A DNA stretch of 64,000 nucleotides from Anaerolineae bacterium (GTDB lineage Bacteria; Chloroflexota; Anaerolineae; 4572-78; J111): NCBI GenBank assembly GCA_022071955.1, contig JAJVIM010000042.1, positions 1 through 64,000 of the forward strand, read 5' to 3'. The translations under genes and the position numbers were made by a program. A model generated the notes under the pieces. It did no database searches. It was not told the origin of the DNA and saw only the letters and a list, made by a program, of their open reading frames with translations. Shown in pieces: positions 10,458-19,432 of this stretch. The first letter of the stretch is position 1; each line of letters begins with the position of its first letter.

Positions 10458-10670
10458 TTCCCCGCGCGTCAGTAATCGAGTAAATTTATATTACGAATAT
10501 TGTATTTGATGTGCGTATAAATCTTTGGCCGAGACTGAGGTTTGCCAGACTGCCCTGCGGCAGTTGTGCTTTTCAAAATTGGCGAAAAACTGAATAAAAC
10601 GTCGTTCTGAGAACACTGTCGTCTCGTGTCATTGTTGGGTCATTCCACCTGCACATTTATAGTCAAATGA

Positions 10671-10716
10671 GGCTTCTCGCAATGCAGCTGCATGCGCATG
10701 AGAAGCCTTTTTGTTT
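10671..10716 (+). terminator. Orphan rho-independent terminator in intergenic DNA
   Basis: GGCTTCTC-(21 nt loop)-GAGAAGCC followed by TTTTTGTTT, 70 bp upstream of the SPFH gene start with no upstream + strand CDS. Confidence 0.5.
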
Positions 10717-10787
10717 AAATCATTTGTTGTCTTGATTGCAAGACCTATATCCATTATTAATTTTACGTAGCCAATAAAGAGTGAACT

Positions 10788-12197
10788 ATGTTGCCACGGA
10801 GATTTTTGTTTTTGATCGGTTTGGTGGGTGGGATTGGGTTGTTGTTCTGGCCAAACGGCTACGCCCTGTGGGCCGGGATTGGGCTGTTGCGGTTTGTTAC
10901 GTTGTTGCAGGCCACGTTCAACGAGGACGAGGCCAGCCGCGCCCGCTGGATTTTTGCGGTGATTTTTGTGCTGCTGCTGGGCGTAACAGCTTGGGTATTT
11001 GAGCAGCGTTTGCAGCAGGCCCGCCCGCCCGCTGATTGGGTGGTGGCGCTGGAGCAGCGGGGTATTGCCCTGCTGCTGGGCGGTTTCATTTCCGCCATCG
11101 CCACCACGGCCCTGGCCACTTTGACCATTTTTGTTGCCAGCGTGTATGTGTTGTCCATCAACATTGTGGAGGAGGTGTCAATCTGGGCTGCGTTTCGGTC
11201 GCTGCTGTCGCTGATTCTCAATACGCAGTATGATTGGCAGGTGGTTAGCGAGGGCAAAGTAACACGTACACGAGAAGGCGGGGTAATGAAATTTTTGGGT
11301 GGGCCGGGCAAATTGATTGTTGACCCCGGTAACGCCGTAGCGTTGCAGCGCAGCGGGAAAATCACCCAAATTGTAGGTAGCGGCGTGTGGCTGACTCAGC
11401 GCAACGAAAACATTCGCGAGATATTTGATCTGACCAACCAGTCTGCTGTTCAATCATTAACCAATGTGATGACCGCCGACCGGATTCCGTTGGAAGTAGA
11501 AATCGGCATTGGCTACAGATTGGTGCGCGAGGCAGGCTCGGAAGTTGAAGGGTTGATTGAAAACAAGGATGAACACAAGATATTCCCGGTTAAAGAGGGA
11601 ACGCTTTTAAAAGCGATAAGTAATAACACTACTGGCGGCAGGTGGTCCGGTTTTGGCGGCGGCGCGCCGGTTGGCCAACTACGCGACCAGTTTATGTCTT
11701 ACACCCTGGACGAGTTGTTTGAACTCAACCCTGGCAAAGGTGACATTCTTCGGCCTAATCGCCGCCGGATAAGACAGATTGAACAGGAAATTTTAACCGT
11801 GTTGAATGGGTTTGCCGGCAATGTTGGGGTAACTTTTACCGGGGTTGACATCCGCGAAATCAAACTGCCTGCCAAGATAATGGAAACCATCTTTTTGCGC
11901 GAACGAGCGCGAGCAGAGGCCCGTGCGATTAATCAAATTGAAGATACGCGTAACATGGCAATGGGTAATATGATAATGAATATTCTTAACAATATACCGA
12001 ACCAACCGGGTATCAACCTGAGAGATGCGTTGCGTCTAGTAGAGACTTTTGCAACACGGAGTCGGCGCAATCTTACGGACGATATTTTGGGGCATGAGTA
12101 TCTCGAAATGTTGGAAAAAATGGCTAGTGCAGAAGGAACAAAAATTTTCTCCACTGGCAATGGTCCGTCGCCGCAAATTGATGTCCAACCAAGATAA
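10788..12197 (+). CDS. SPFH/band-7 (stomatin/flotillin-like) membrane protein
   Basis: N-terminal multi-TM region, central SPFH-like core (KVTRTREGGVMKFLGGPGKLIVDPGNAVALQRSGKITQIVGSGVW...IPLEVEIGIGYRL), C-terminal helical region; the gene's 3' half is lower in GC than its surroundings. Confidence 0.75.
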   Translation: MLPRRFLFLIGLVGGIGLLFWPNGYALWAGIGLLRFVTLLQATFNEDEASRARWIFAVIFVLLLGVTAWVFEQRLQQARPPADWVVALEQRGIALLLGGFISAIATTALATLTIFVASVYVLSINIVEEVSIWAAFRSLLSLILNTQYDWQVVSEGKVTRTREGGVMKFLGGPGKLIVDPGNAVALQRSGKITQIVGSGVWLTQRNENIREIFDLTNQSAVQSLTNVMTADRIPLEVEIGIGYRLVREAGSEVEGLIENKDEHKIFPVKEGTLLKAISNNTTGGRWSGFGGGAPVGQLRDQFMSYTLDELFELNPGKGDILRPNRRRIRQIEQEILTVLNGFAGNVGVTFTGVDIREIKLPAKIMETIFLRERARAEARAINQIEDTRNMAMGNMIMNILNNIPNQPGINLRDALRLVETFATRSRRNLTDDILGHEYLEMLEKMASAEGTKIFSTGNGPSPQIDVQPR

Positions 12198-12215
12198 CAG
12201 AGATTCAGTTTTTAG

Positions 12216-12482
12216 TTATTCGGAGGATTTTGGGAGGCTGATCATTCTGTTTAATTGACGGATATCGTGTTGGTTGCATTGAGCAAGAAAATCATCAAAA
12301 ACGCCCATCATTTGAGCCATAGCGCGAAGCGCGCTTTCGTAACCTTCATTATATCCACAAGCGTAAATCTCATTTTTTTGGATATTGCTGAAGTTATATT
12401 GGGCTAAACGGAGAGCTTGCAAACCATCAACAATTGCAGAACGGTGAAGAAACGAGGGAATGCTTTGAAATTTTTGCGACAT
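12216..12482 (-). CDS. Hypothetical small protein (88 aa)
   Basis: Low-GC ORF with an AT-rich upstream region; no recognisable motifs. Confidence 0.4.
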   Translation of the reverse strand: MSQKFQSIPSFLHRSAIVDGLQALRLAQYNFSNIQKNEIYACGYNEGYESALRAMAQMMGVFDDFLAQCNQHDIRQLNRMISLPKSSE

Positions 12483-12683
12483 TGATCTTCCTTAGAATTA
12501 TATACAGAAAATTTGTTCTATTATAACACATGTTGTTCCGAACACATCCTTAAATTTTGTATATGGCGATTGTCCAAAATTTGCCCTATAAATTTTCTCT
12601 CCCCCCAACTGCTCCAATCGACCATAAAACTCCCAATAACCTAAAGCCGATTGCCCTGGCCGCGGTTGGCTGGTATGATACCG

Positions 12684-12725
12684 GCGGGAGTTTTCCTCCC
12701 GCATCCAACTTGCGGCTAATTTTTT
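12684..12725 (+). promoter_or_regulatory. Mutually exclusive hairpins (antiterminator GCGGGAG-tttt-CTCCCGC versus terminator CCGCA-tccaact-TGCGG plus T-run) in the leader of the antiporter gene
   Basis: The two stems share the CCGC segment; the second is followed by CTAATTTTTTAG. Confidence 0.4.
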
Positions 12726-12854
12726 AGGGAGTGCTACCGAAGCTGCGCCACAGCAACGGGGAATAAAAATTCTTATTTAATCGGTTGGGAGACCCTGTGC
12801 GAAGCGAAGGGCCTGCCCGGCCCGTATTGGGCGGGGTGACACGATTGAGCACCC

Positions 12855-12907
12855 CCTAACTCCTAATTCCTGACTCCTGAATCCTATTTTTAGAGGAGAA
12901 CCTGCTT
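12855..12907 (+). promoter_or_regulatory. CU-rich 5' leader (repeated CUCCU anti-SD-like pentamers) plus SD box CTATTTTTAGAGGAG before the TTG start
   Basis: CCCTAACTCCTAATTCCTGACTCCTGAATCCTATTTTTAGAGGAGAACCTGCTTTTG; a near-identical copy occurs inverted at 18811-18880. Confidence 0.45.
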
Positions 12908-14752
12908 TTGACCGAAGAACTCATTTTTGGGATCGCCATTATCATTGTATTAGGCATATCCGCCCAGTGGCTGGCCTGGCGGCTGCGCCTGCCCTCAATT
13001 TTGCTGCTGCTGCTGGCCGGCTTTCTGGCCGGGCCGGTGACCCACCTGCTCAACCCCGATGAACTGCTGGGCGATCTGCTCTTCCCGGTGGTGTCGGTCT
13101 CGGTGGCGATCATTTTGTTTGAGGGCGGACTCAGCCTCAAGCGCAGCGAAATTCAGACCACCGGCCACGTGGTGCGCAACCTGGTCACGGTGGGGGCGCT
13201 GGTCACATGGGCCATCGCTGCGACGGGGGCCTACACCATTTTGGGGCTGGCCCTGCCGCTGGCCCTGTTGTTTGGAGCAATTTTAGTGGTGACTGGCCCC
13301 ACGGTGATCATCCCGCTGCTGCGCCACGTGCGGGCGGTGGGGTCGGTCAGTTCGCTGGCCAAGTGGGAGGGCATTGTCAACGACCCCATCGGCGCAATTT
13401 TGGCGGTGCTGGTATTTGAAGGCATCGTGGCCGCCGAATTTCAGCAGGCCACAACAACCATCATTTTTAGCCTGTTGGTAGCGTTGCTCATTGGCGCGGC
13501 GTTGGGGGCTATTGGGGCGTACACCCTGGCTTTTTTACTGCGTCGCTACTGGATTCCCGATTACCTGCAAAGTGTGGTTACGTTGATGGTGGTGGTGGCC
13601 GCATTTGCCATTTCCAACATCGTGCAAAAGGAGTCCGGCCTGCTGACAGTCACGCTGATGGGCATTATTCTAACCAATCAGCGCGGCGTCAACATCAAAC
13701 CTATCATCGAATTTAAAGAGAATCTGGGCGTGCTGCTGCTGTCATCGTTATTTATTATTTTGGCGGCGCGGCTGCGGCTGGAAGATTTGGCCCACCTTGG
13801 GCTGCCGAGCCTGCTCTTTTTGGCCGTGTTGATTTTTGTGGCCCGGCCGGCGGCGGTGTTTGTTTCAACCATTGGCTCCGGTTTAAAGTGGCAGGATAAG
13901 GTTTTTCTCACCTGGATGGCGCCGCGCGGAATTGTGGCCGCCGCGGTGACCTCGGTGTTTGCGCTGGAACTGACCGAAGGGGCTGGTTATCACGACGCCG
14001 AACTGATGGTACCGCAGATGTTTGCCATCATTGTTGGCACGGTGGCCGTTTACGGCTTGAGCGCTGCCCCGCTGGGCCGCTGGCTGGGCATCGCCAAACC
14101 CAACCCGCAGGGCGCGCTGATTGTGGGCGCGCATTCGTGGGCGCGCACCATTGGCAGCATGCTCCAGGCCGAGGGAATTAAAGTGCTGCTGGTAGATACC
14201 AACCGCAGCAATCTGTCTGCTGCCCGGTTGGCCGGGCTGCCAACGCTCTATGCCAGCGTGCTGTCGGAGTATATTCACCACGAGGTTGAGTTGGGCGCTT
14301 TTGGCCGGCTGCTGGCGCTCACCCACAATGATGAAGTCAACTCGCTGTCAACCCTCCATTTTGCCGAAGTTTTTGGCCGGGCGGGCGTGTACCAGTTGTC
14401 GCCCAAAAAAACCGAAGATGGCCGCGCCGAAAGTATCTCGCTGCCGCTGCGGGGGCGGTTGTTGTTTAGCAAAGACCTGTCTTACAATGAGTTCAACCAT
14501 CGCATAGAAACCGGCTCAATGATCAAGCGCACGCCCATTACCGGCCAGTTTGCCCTGGCCGAATTCTACGATTATTACGGCGCGTCGGCCCGGCCTTTGT
14601 TTTTAATTGATACGTTGGGCAGGCTGCGGGTGTTTACCGCCGATGATCAGCCGCTTGCGCCCGAACCGGGCGATATTTTGATCAGCCTGGTTGAACCGGT
14701 TGAAACGATGGTCGAGACGGTGGCTGCGCAGGCTGATCCGGCGGCCGGATAG
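12908..14752 (+). CDS. Na+(K+)/H+ antiporter, CPA1/NhaP type, with a C-terminal regulatory domain
   Basis: 12-13 TM helices, conserved CPA motifs, cytoplasmic C-terminal domain; TTG start. Confidence 0.85.
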   Translation: MTEELIFGIAIIIVLGISAQWLAWRLRLPSILLLLLAGFLAGPVTHLLNPDELLGDLLFPVVSVSVAIILFEGGLSLKRSEIQTTGHVVRNLVTVGALVTWAIAATGAYTILGLALPLALLFGAILVVTGPTVIIPLLRHVRAVGSVSSLAKWEGIVNDPIGAILAVLVFEGIVAAEFQQATTTIIFSLLVALLIGAALGAIGAYTLAFLLRRYWIPDYLQSVVTLMVVVAAFAISNIVQKESGLLTVTLMGIILTNQRGVNIKPIIEFKENLGVLLLSSLFIILAARLRLEDLAHLGLPSLLFLAVLIFVARPAAVFVSTIGSGLKWQDKVFLTWMAPRGIVAAAVTSVFALELTEGAGYHDAELMVPQMFAIIVGTVAVYGLSAAPLGRWLGIAKPNPQGALIVGAHSWARTIGSMLQAEGIKVLLVDTNRSNLSAARLAGLPTLYASVLSEYIHHEVELGAFGRLLALTHNDEVNSLSTLHFAEVFGRAGVYQLSPKKTEDGRAESISLPLRGRLLFSKDLSYNEFNHRIETGSMIKRTPITGQFALAEFYDYYGASARPLFLIDTLGRLRVFTADDQPLAPEPGDILISLVEPVETMVETVAAQADPAAG

Positions 14753-14763
14753 TTGATGGTACT

Positions 14764-16632
14764 ATGGCCGAAGAATTTTCATTTTTATCGTTATTGCTCA
14801 TTACCGCGCTGGCGGCGTTTGTGCCGCTGCTGGCAACGCGGTTTAGCCAGTTCCGGGTGCCGATTGTCGTCGGTGAGATTTTGGCCGGGATGATTGTGGG
14901 CAAAAGCGGCTTCAACTGGATTGAAGCCAGCCCGGCGCTGGACTTTCTGACCATCTTTGGCTTCACCTACCTCATGTTCATTTCCGGCCTGGAAGTGGAT
15001 TTTACCACGCTGGCGGCCAACAAATCGTCAAAAAAATGGCTCGATAACCCCATTTGGCTGGGGGTGGTCGTATTTGCCATTACCGTGGGCGTGGCCTTTT
15101 TTGCCGCCGAAGGGCTATATGCCCTTGGCTTTGTATCCGAGCCGTTTATCATTGCCCTCATCCTCAGCACCACCTCGCTGGGAATTGTGGTGCCGGTGCT
15201 CAAAGAGCGCGGGCTAATGCCAACCCGCTTTGGCCAAACGCTGCTGATGTCGGCGTTGGTGGCCGATTTTGGCACGCTGGTGCTCATCACCATCGATGTG
15301 GCTATTTTGAGCCGCGGCCTCACCTTTGAGGTGCTGCTGGTGCTGTTGCTGCTGCTGGCTTTTGCGGTGGTGGTGCAGGTGGGCAAATGGGCGGCGCGCA
15401 TTCCGGGGCTGCCCCGCCTGTTCGAAGAACTGTCGCACGCTACGGCCCAAATTAAAGTGCGCGGCGCGGTGGCGCTGATGGTGGCGTTTATTGTGCTGTC
15501 CCAATGGCTGGGCAGCGAGATCATTTTGGGCGCGTTTCTGGCCGGGGCGGTGATTTCGCTGCTGGCCGGCCACGAAGGCTCAAACCTGCGCCTTAAAATG
15601 GACGCCATCGGCTTTGGCTTTTTTATTCCCATTTTCTTCATTATGGTTGGGGTGCAGTTTGATCTGCCGGCGCTGTTCCGTTCGCCGGAGGCGCTGTTGC
15701 TGGTGCCGGTGCTGCTGGTGATTGCCTATGCCGTTAAATTTGTGGCGGCGCTGCTTTATCGCCTCCAATTTTCGTGGCAGGAAACCTTTGCCGCCGGCGG
15801 CCTGCTGTCGGCCCGGTTGTCGCTCATTATCGCCGCGTCGGCCATTGCCCTCAATTTGGGCATCATCGATGAAGCCATCAACGCCGATTTTATTCTGGTG
15901 GCGATTGTCACCTGTACTATTTCACCGCTGATTTTTAACCGGGTTTACCCCGCCGCCCAAAAAATCAAGCGCGAGGGCGTGATCATTGTCGGGCTGGGCG
16001 AAACCTCGGCGATGCTGGCCCGGCGCTTGCAGCAAACCGGCGAGCGCGTGACCGTGCTGGGCCAAAGCCCGGAGCGGGCGCAGCGGCTGGCCCAGCAGCA
16101 AAACCTGACCGTGTTCGAAGGCGACCCGCGCCAGCCGGACTCGCTGCACCGGGCGGGCGCGGCGCAGGCCGCCACTCTGATTGCCGTGAGTACATACGAT
16201 GACGTGAATCTGGCCGCCTGCCGGCTGGCCGCCGAGGAATTTGGCGTGCCGCTGCTCATTGCCCAAAGCAGCGATCCGGCCGTGGCCGATTGTTTGACGG
16301 AGATGGGCGTGCGCGTGGTCCGGCCGCAGTTGGCTACCGTGCATGCGCTGGAAGGGGCGCTTCATTTTCCGGCGGCGTTTGATATGCTCACCAACCACGA
16401 AGATGGCGTGGAAGTGCGCGAGGTGCAGCTCAATCACCCGCAGTACAACGGCAAATTAATGCGCGAGATTCGGCTGCCGGGCAATGCGCTGGTGTTGGGC
16501 CTGCGTCGCAACGGCGAGGTGCTGGTGCCGCATGGCGACACCCAGCTTTATCTGGGTGATCTGCTGATGCTGGTGGGCCACCCGGAATCGTTGCAGCAGG
16601 CGATGGTGCAGATGAACTCAGTCCGGGCCTGA
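14764..16632 (+). CDS. Cation:proton antiporter, CPA2/Kef type, with RCK (TrkA-N/TrkA-C) domain
   Basis: TM domain then Rossmann VIIVGLGETSAMLARRL, TrkA-C at the C-terminus. Confidence 0.85.
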   Translation: MAEEFSFLSLLLITALAAFVPLLATRFSQFRVPIVVGEILAGMIVGKSGFNWIEASPALDFLTIFGFTYLMFISGLEVDFTTLAANKSSKKWLDNPIWLGVVVFAITVGVAFFAAEGLYALGFVSEPFIIALILSTTSLGIVVPVLKERGLMPTRFGQTLLMSALVADFGTLVLITIDVAILSRGLTFEVLLVLLLLLAFAVVVQVGKWAARIPGLPRLFEELSHATAQIKVRGAVALMVAFIVLSQWLGSEIILGAFLAGAVISLLAGHEGSNLRLKMDAIGFGFFIPIFFIMVGVQFDLPALFRSPEALLLVPVLLVIAYAVKFVAALLYRLQFSWQETFAAGGLLSARLSLIIAASAIALNLGIIDEAINADFILVAIVTCTISPLIFNRVYPAAQKIKREGVIIVGLGETSAMLARRLQQTGERVTVLGQSPERAQRLAQQQNLTVFEGDPRQPDSLHRAGAAQAATLIAVSTYDDVNLAACRLAAEEFGVPLLIAQSSDPAVADCLTEMGVRVVRPQLATVHALEGALHFPAAFDMLTNHEDGVEVREVQLNHPQYNGKLMREIRLPGNALVLGLRRNGEVLVPHGDTQLYLGDLLMLVGHPESLQQAMVQMNSVRA

Positions 16633-17355
16633 CTGTTCCAACTCGTCCAGATTACAGCCACGCCGCAGCATTTCCCCAAATTCGGCGGGCAGCTTTTTTT
16701 GCCGCAATTTTTCAACTACCCGTTCCACATCATAGTCCAGCCGAAAATGGCGCACTCTGACGCCAGATTTTTTGAGGGTGAGCAGCGCATACGCCGCGCG
16801 CGGGTCCCCGTCGTCCGGGCGGCCAACGCTGCCGGGGTTGATAAACCACACCCCGCCAACCTGCCGGGCAAACGGCCGGTGCGAATGACCGCACACAATA
16901 ATATCGACGCCGGCCAGTTGGGCCAGTTCTCGCAGCCGGGCATCCGGCGTATCCGGGGTCAGCCCCTCTTTGTTAGAGGCCGGGCTGCCGTGCGTGAGCA
17001 GCACCGAGGCGTGTTTGAAGCGGAGTACAATTTCGCGGGGCAGGCTTTGCAGATAGCGCCGGTTCTTTTTAGAAAGCGACCGGTACGCCCATTCAAACGC
17101 GCGATATTTCAGCGGATGGCGCGGCGCTTTCCACCCTTTTTGGCCAAAGCGCAGCGCCTTTTCATCGTAATTGCCAATAATGCTGACCGCGCTGGCCCGG
17201 CGCAGCAGGCGCACCACCCGGTTAGGGTAGGGATTGTAGCCCACAAAATCGCCCACATACCAGATGGCATCCGGCTGCTGTTGGGCGGCGTGAGCCAGTA
17301 CTGTTTCCAGCGCCGGCAGGTTGGCGTGGGCATCGCCCAAAAGCGCAATTTTCAC
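16618..17355 (-). CDS. Metallophosphoesterase (calcineurin-like)
   Basis: [22 protein letters not shown] motifs; GTG start overlaps the gatA stop (cagttGTGAaa), indicating translational coupling; the longer track ORF (start at 17502) overlaps gatA. Confidence 0.75.
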   Translation of the reverse strand: MKIALLGDAHANLPALETVLAHAAQQQPDAIWYVGDFVGYNPYPNRVVRLLRRASAVSIIGNYDEKALRFGQKGWKAPRHPLKYRAFEWAYRSLSKKNRRYLQSLPREIVLRFKHASVLLTHGSPASNKEGLTPDTPDARLRELAQLAGVDIIVCGHSHRPFARQVGGVWFINPGSVGRPDDGDPRAAYALLTLKKSGVRVRHFRLDYDVERVVEKLRQKKLPAEFGEMLRRGCNLDELEQSGPD

Positions 17356-18809
17356 AACTGCGGTTTCTGTTTGTGCCAGTCGGTGGCCTGCTCGTACTGG
17401 TAGGCCACGCGCAAAATGGCGCTCTCGCCCAGGGCCGGGCCGATGATTTGCAACCCCACCGGCAGGTCGTTGGCAAAGCCGCCCGGCACCGAAACTCCAC
17501 ACGCGCCGGCCAGGTTGAGCGTCACCGTCAGCACGTCGCTCAGGTACATTTGCAGCGGGTCGTTGGCCCGTTCGCCAATTTTAAAGGGCGTGCCGGGCGA
17601 TACTCCGGCCACCATCACATCGACCTGCTCAAACGCCTGCTCAAAATCCCGCCGGAGCAGAGTGCGCACCTGTTGCGCCTTCAGATAGTAGGCGTCGTAA
17701 TAGCCGGCCGAAAGGGCATACGTGCCGAGCATAATCCGCCGTTTAACTTCCGGGCCAAAACCGGCCTCGCGGGTTTCGCGGAACATACTCCACATATCGT
17801 CGCCTTCGCGGCGCAGGCCAAAGCGCACGCCGTCGTAGCGGGACAGGTTGGCCGAGGCTTCGGCGGTGGAAATTAAATAATAAGCGGCGATGCCGTAGCG
17901 CGTGTGCGGCAGCGAGACCTCAACGATTTCCGCGCCCAAAGTGGCCAGCCGGTCAATGGCGGTGCGGACGGCGCTTTCAACCCCCGGCTCCATGCCTTCA
18001 ACAAAATATTCTTTGGGCACGCCGATGCGGGTGCCGCGCAGGTCGTCCCCTTTTTTGATGTCGGCGGCGTAGTTGGGTACCGGCGCGTTGAGCGTGGTCG
18101 CGTCGAGCGGGTCCGGCCCGGCGATAGCGCCCAGCAGCAGGGCCACGTCTTCCACATCTTTGCCAAACGGGCCAATCTGGTCCAGCGACGAGCCGTGAGC
18201 GATGGCCCCGTAGCGGCTGACCCGGCCGTAGGTCGGTTTGAGGCCAACCACGCTGCAAAACGAGGCCGGCTGGCGAATGCTGCCGCCGGTATCGGTGCCC
18301 AGCGCGCCCAGCGCCTCATCGGCGGCAATGGCCGCAGCGCTGCCGCCGCTGCTGCCGCCCGGCACGCGGCTGGTGTCCCACGGGTTGTGGGTGATTTTGT
18401 AGGCCGAATATTCAGTGGAGCTGCCCATTGTAAATTCATCGGTGTTGGTTTTGCCCACAAACACCGCCCCGGCCTCGCGCAGTTTGCGCACGGTGGTGGC
18501 GTCAAAAGGCGGCGTAAAGCCTTCCAGAATCTTCGATCCAGCGGTGGTCGGCACGCCCTGGGTGATGATGGCGTCTTTAATGGCCAGCGGGATGCCCAAC
18601 AGCGGGTTGTCTTCGCCGGTGGCGCGACGCTCGTCGGCCAGTTGGGCCATGCGCAGGGCCAACTCCGGCTGCAGGCTGATGTACGCGCCCACCCGGCTTT
18701 CCACGGCGTCGATGCGCTCCAGCACGCTTTCGGTCAGTTCCACGGCGGTAATCTCGCCGTGGCGGAGTTTGGCTTGCGCCTCGTGAATGGTCAGTTGGTA
18801 GAGTTTCAA
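17352..18809 (-). CDS. gatA: Glutamyl-tRNA(Gln) amidotransferase subunit A
   Basis: Amidase signature [12 protein letters not shown]..., full-length similarity to GatA; TTG start preceded by CAGAGGAG. Confidence 0.9.
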   Translation of the reverse strand: MKLYQLTIHEAQAKLRHGEITAVELTESVLERIDAVESRVGAYISLQPELALRMAQLADERRATGEDNPLLGIPLAIKDAIITQGVPTTAGSKILEGFTPPFDATTVRKLREAGAVFVGKTNTDEFTMGSSTEYSAYKITHNPWDTSRVPGGSSGGSAAAIAADEALGALGTDTGGSIRQPASFCSVVGLKPTYGRVSRYGAIAHGSSLDQIGPFGKDVEDVALLLGAIAGPDPLDATTLNAPVPNYAADIKKGDDLRGTRIGVPKEYFVEGMEPGVESAVRTAIDRLATLGAEIVEVSLPHTRYGIAAYYLISTAEASANLSRYDGVRFGLRREGDDMWSMFRETREAGFGPEVKRRIMLGTYALSAGYYDAYYLKAQQVRTLLRRDFEQAFEQVDVMVAGVSPGTPFKIGERANDPLQMYLSDVLTVTLNLAGACGVSVPGGFANDLPVGLQIIGPALGESAILRVAYQYEQATDWHKQKPQL

Positions 18810-18810
18810 G

Positions 18811-18880
18811 TAATACTCCTCTGAAAATAGGAATCAGGAGTCAGGAGTCAGGAATTAGGGAAATACTCCTCTGAAAATAG
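18811..18880 (-). promoter_or_regulatory. gatA 5' leader: duplicated SD box (CTATTTTCAGAGGAGTATT x2) flanking a CU-rich block CCCTAATTCCTGACTCCTGACTCCTGATTC
   Basis: Inverted paralogue of the 12855-12907 leader. Confidence 0.45.
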
Positions 18881-18890
18881 AGTTGGTTGG

Positions 18891-19050
18891 CCCTCACCCC
18901 CCTGCCCCCTCTACCCTGCGGGCACTTCGTCCCTGCTGGACGAGGGGGGAAATCTTTTTAGGTGTGTGTTGGGGCGGCAAAGCCGCCCCAACACACACCG
19001 TTAAACTTACTCCCCCTCCCCGTTAACGGGGAGGGGGCAGGGGGGTGGGG
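18891..19050. repeat. Composite GC-rich intergenic element, copy A: C-tract arm, 18-bp perfect-stem hairpin, C5TC4/G4AG5 hairpin, four-G-tract G-quadruplex motif
   Basis: GGTGTGTGTTGGGGCGGC-AAA-GCCGCCCCAACACACACC (18961-18999); CCCCCTCCCC-gttaac-GGGGAGGGGG (19012-19037); GGGG-A-GGGGG-CA-GGGGGG-T-GGGG (19028-19050); same architecture at 26123-26267. Confidence 0.5.
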
Positions 19051-19061
19051 TAACGTAACAA

Positions 19062-19352
19062 TCAATCCAACACCGCTTTTACCCGAAAGCTGCGGTCAGC
19101 GGCGTCCGGGGCGTTGGCCAGCGCGTCTTCGTTATCCAGCGACAGCCGCACTTCATCGGCGCGCATCACGTTAAACAGGGGGATGGCGCTGGTGGTGGGC
19201 GGAATATCGCTGGTGTCGAGTTGCTGCAACATTTCGGCGTATTCCAGCACGCTGGAAAGTTGCTCCTGAAACATCAGTTTTTCTTCGTCAGACAGGGTCA
19301 GCTTGGCCAGTTCGGCGATGGTTTCAACTTCTTCACGGCTAATTTTGGCCAT
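19062..19352 (-). CDS. gatC: Asp/Glu-tRNA amidotransferase subunit C
   Basis: MAKISREEVETIAELAKLTLSDEEK... typical GatC; RBS GGAGGAA before the ATG at 19352. Confidence 0.85.
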   Translation of the reverse strand: MAKISREEVETIAELAKLTLSDEEKLMFQEQLSSVLEYAEMLQQLDTSDIPPTTSAIPLFNVMRADEVRLSLDNEDALANAPDAADRSFRVKAVLD

Positions 19353-19432
19353 GAGGGTTCCTCCAGGTTGGCGAAATTGCGCGGTCATGATAGGGTTGGG
19401 GGGGCAGATTGTCAAGCATAGGAGTTCACCCA

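Noticed and set aside
12498-12704. 68-aa minus-strand ORF
   Set aside because: Lies across the structured plus-strand leader hairpins, with no RBS. Likely a chance ORF.
17356-17502. Extended N-terminus of the metallophosphoesterase (track ORF 16618-17502)
   Set aside because: Overlaps the gatA C-terminus in another frame. The GTG at 17355 gives the typical [10 protein letters not shown] start and GTGA coupling.
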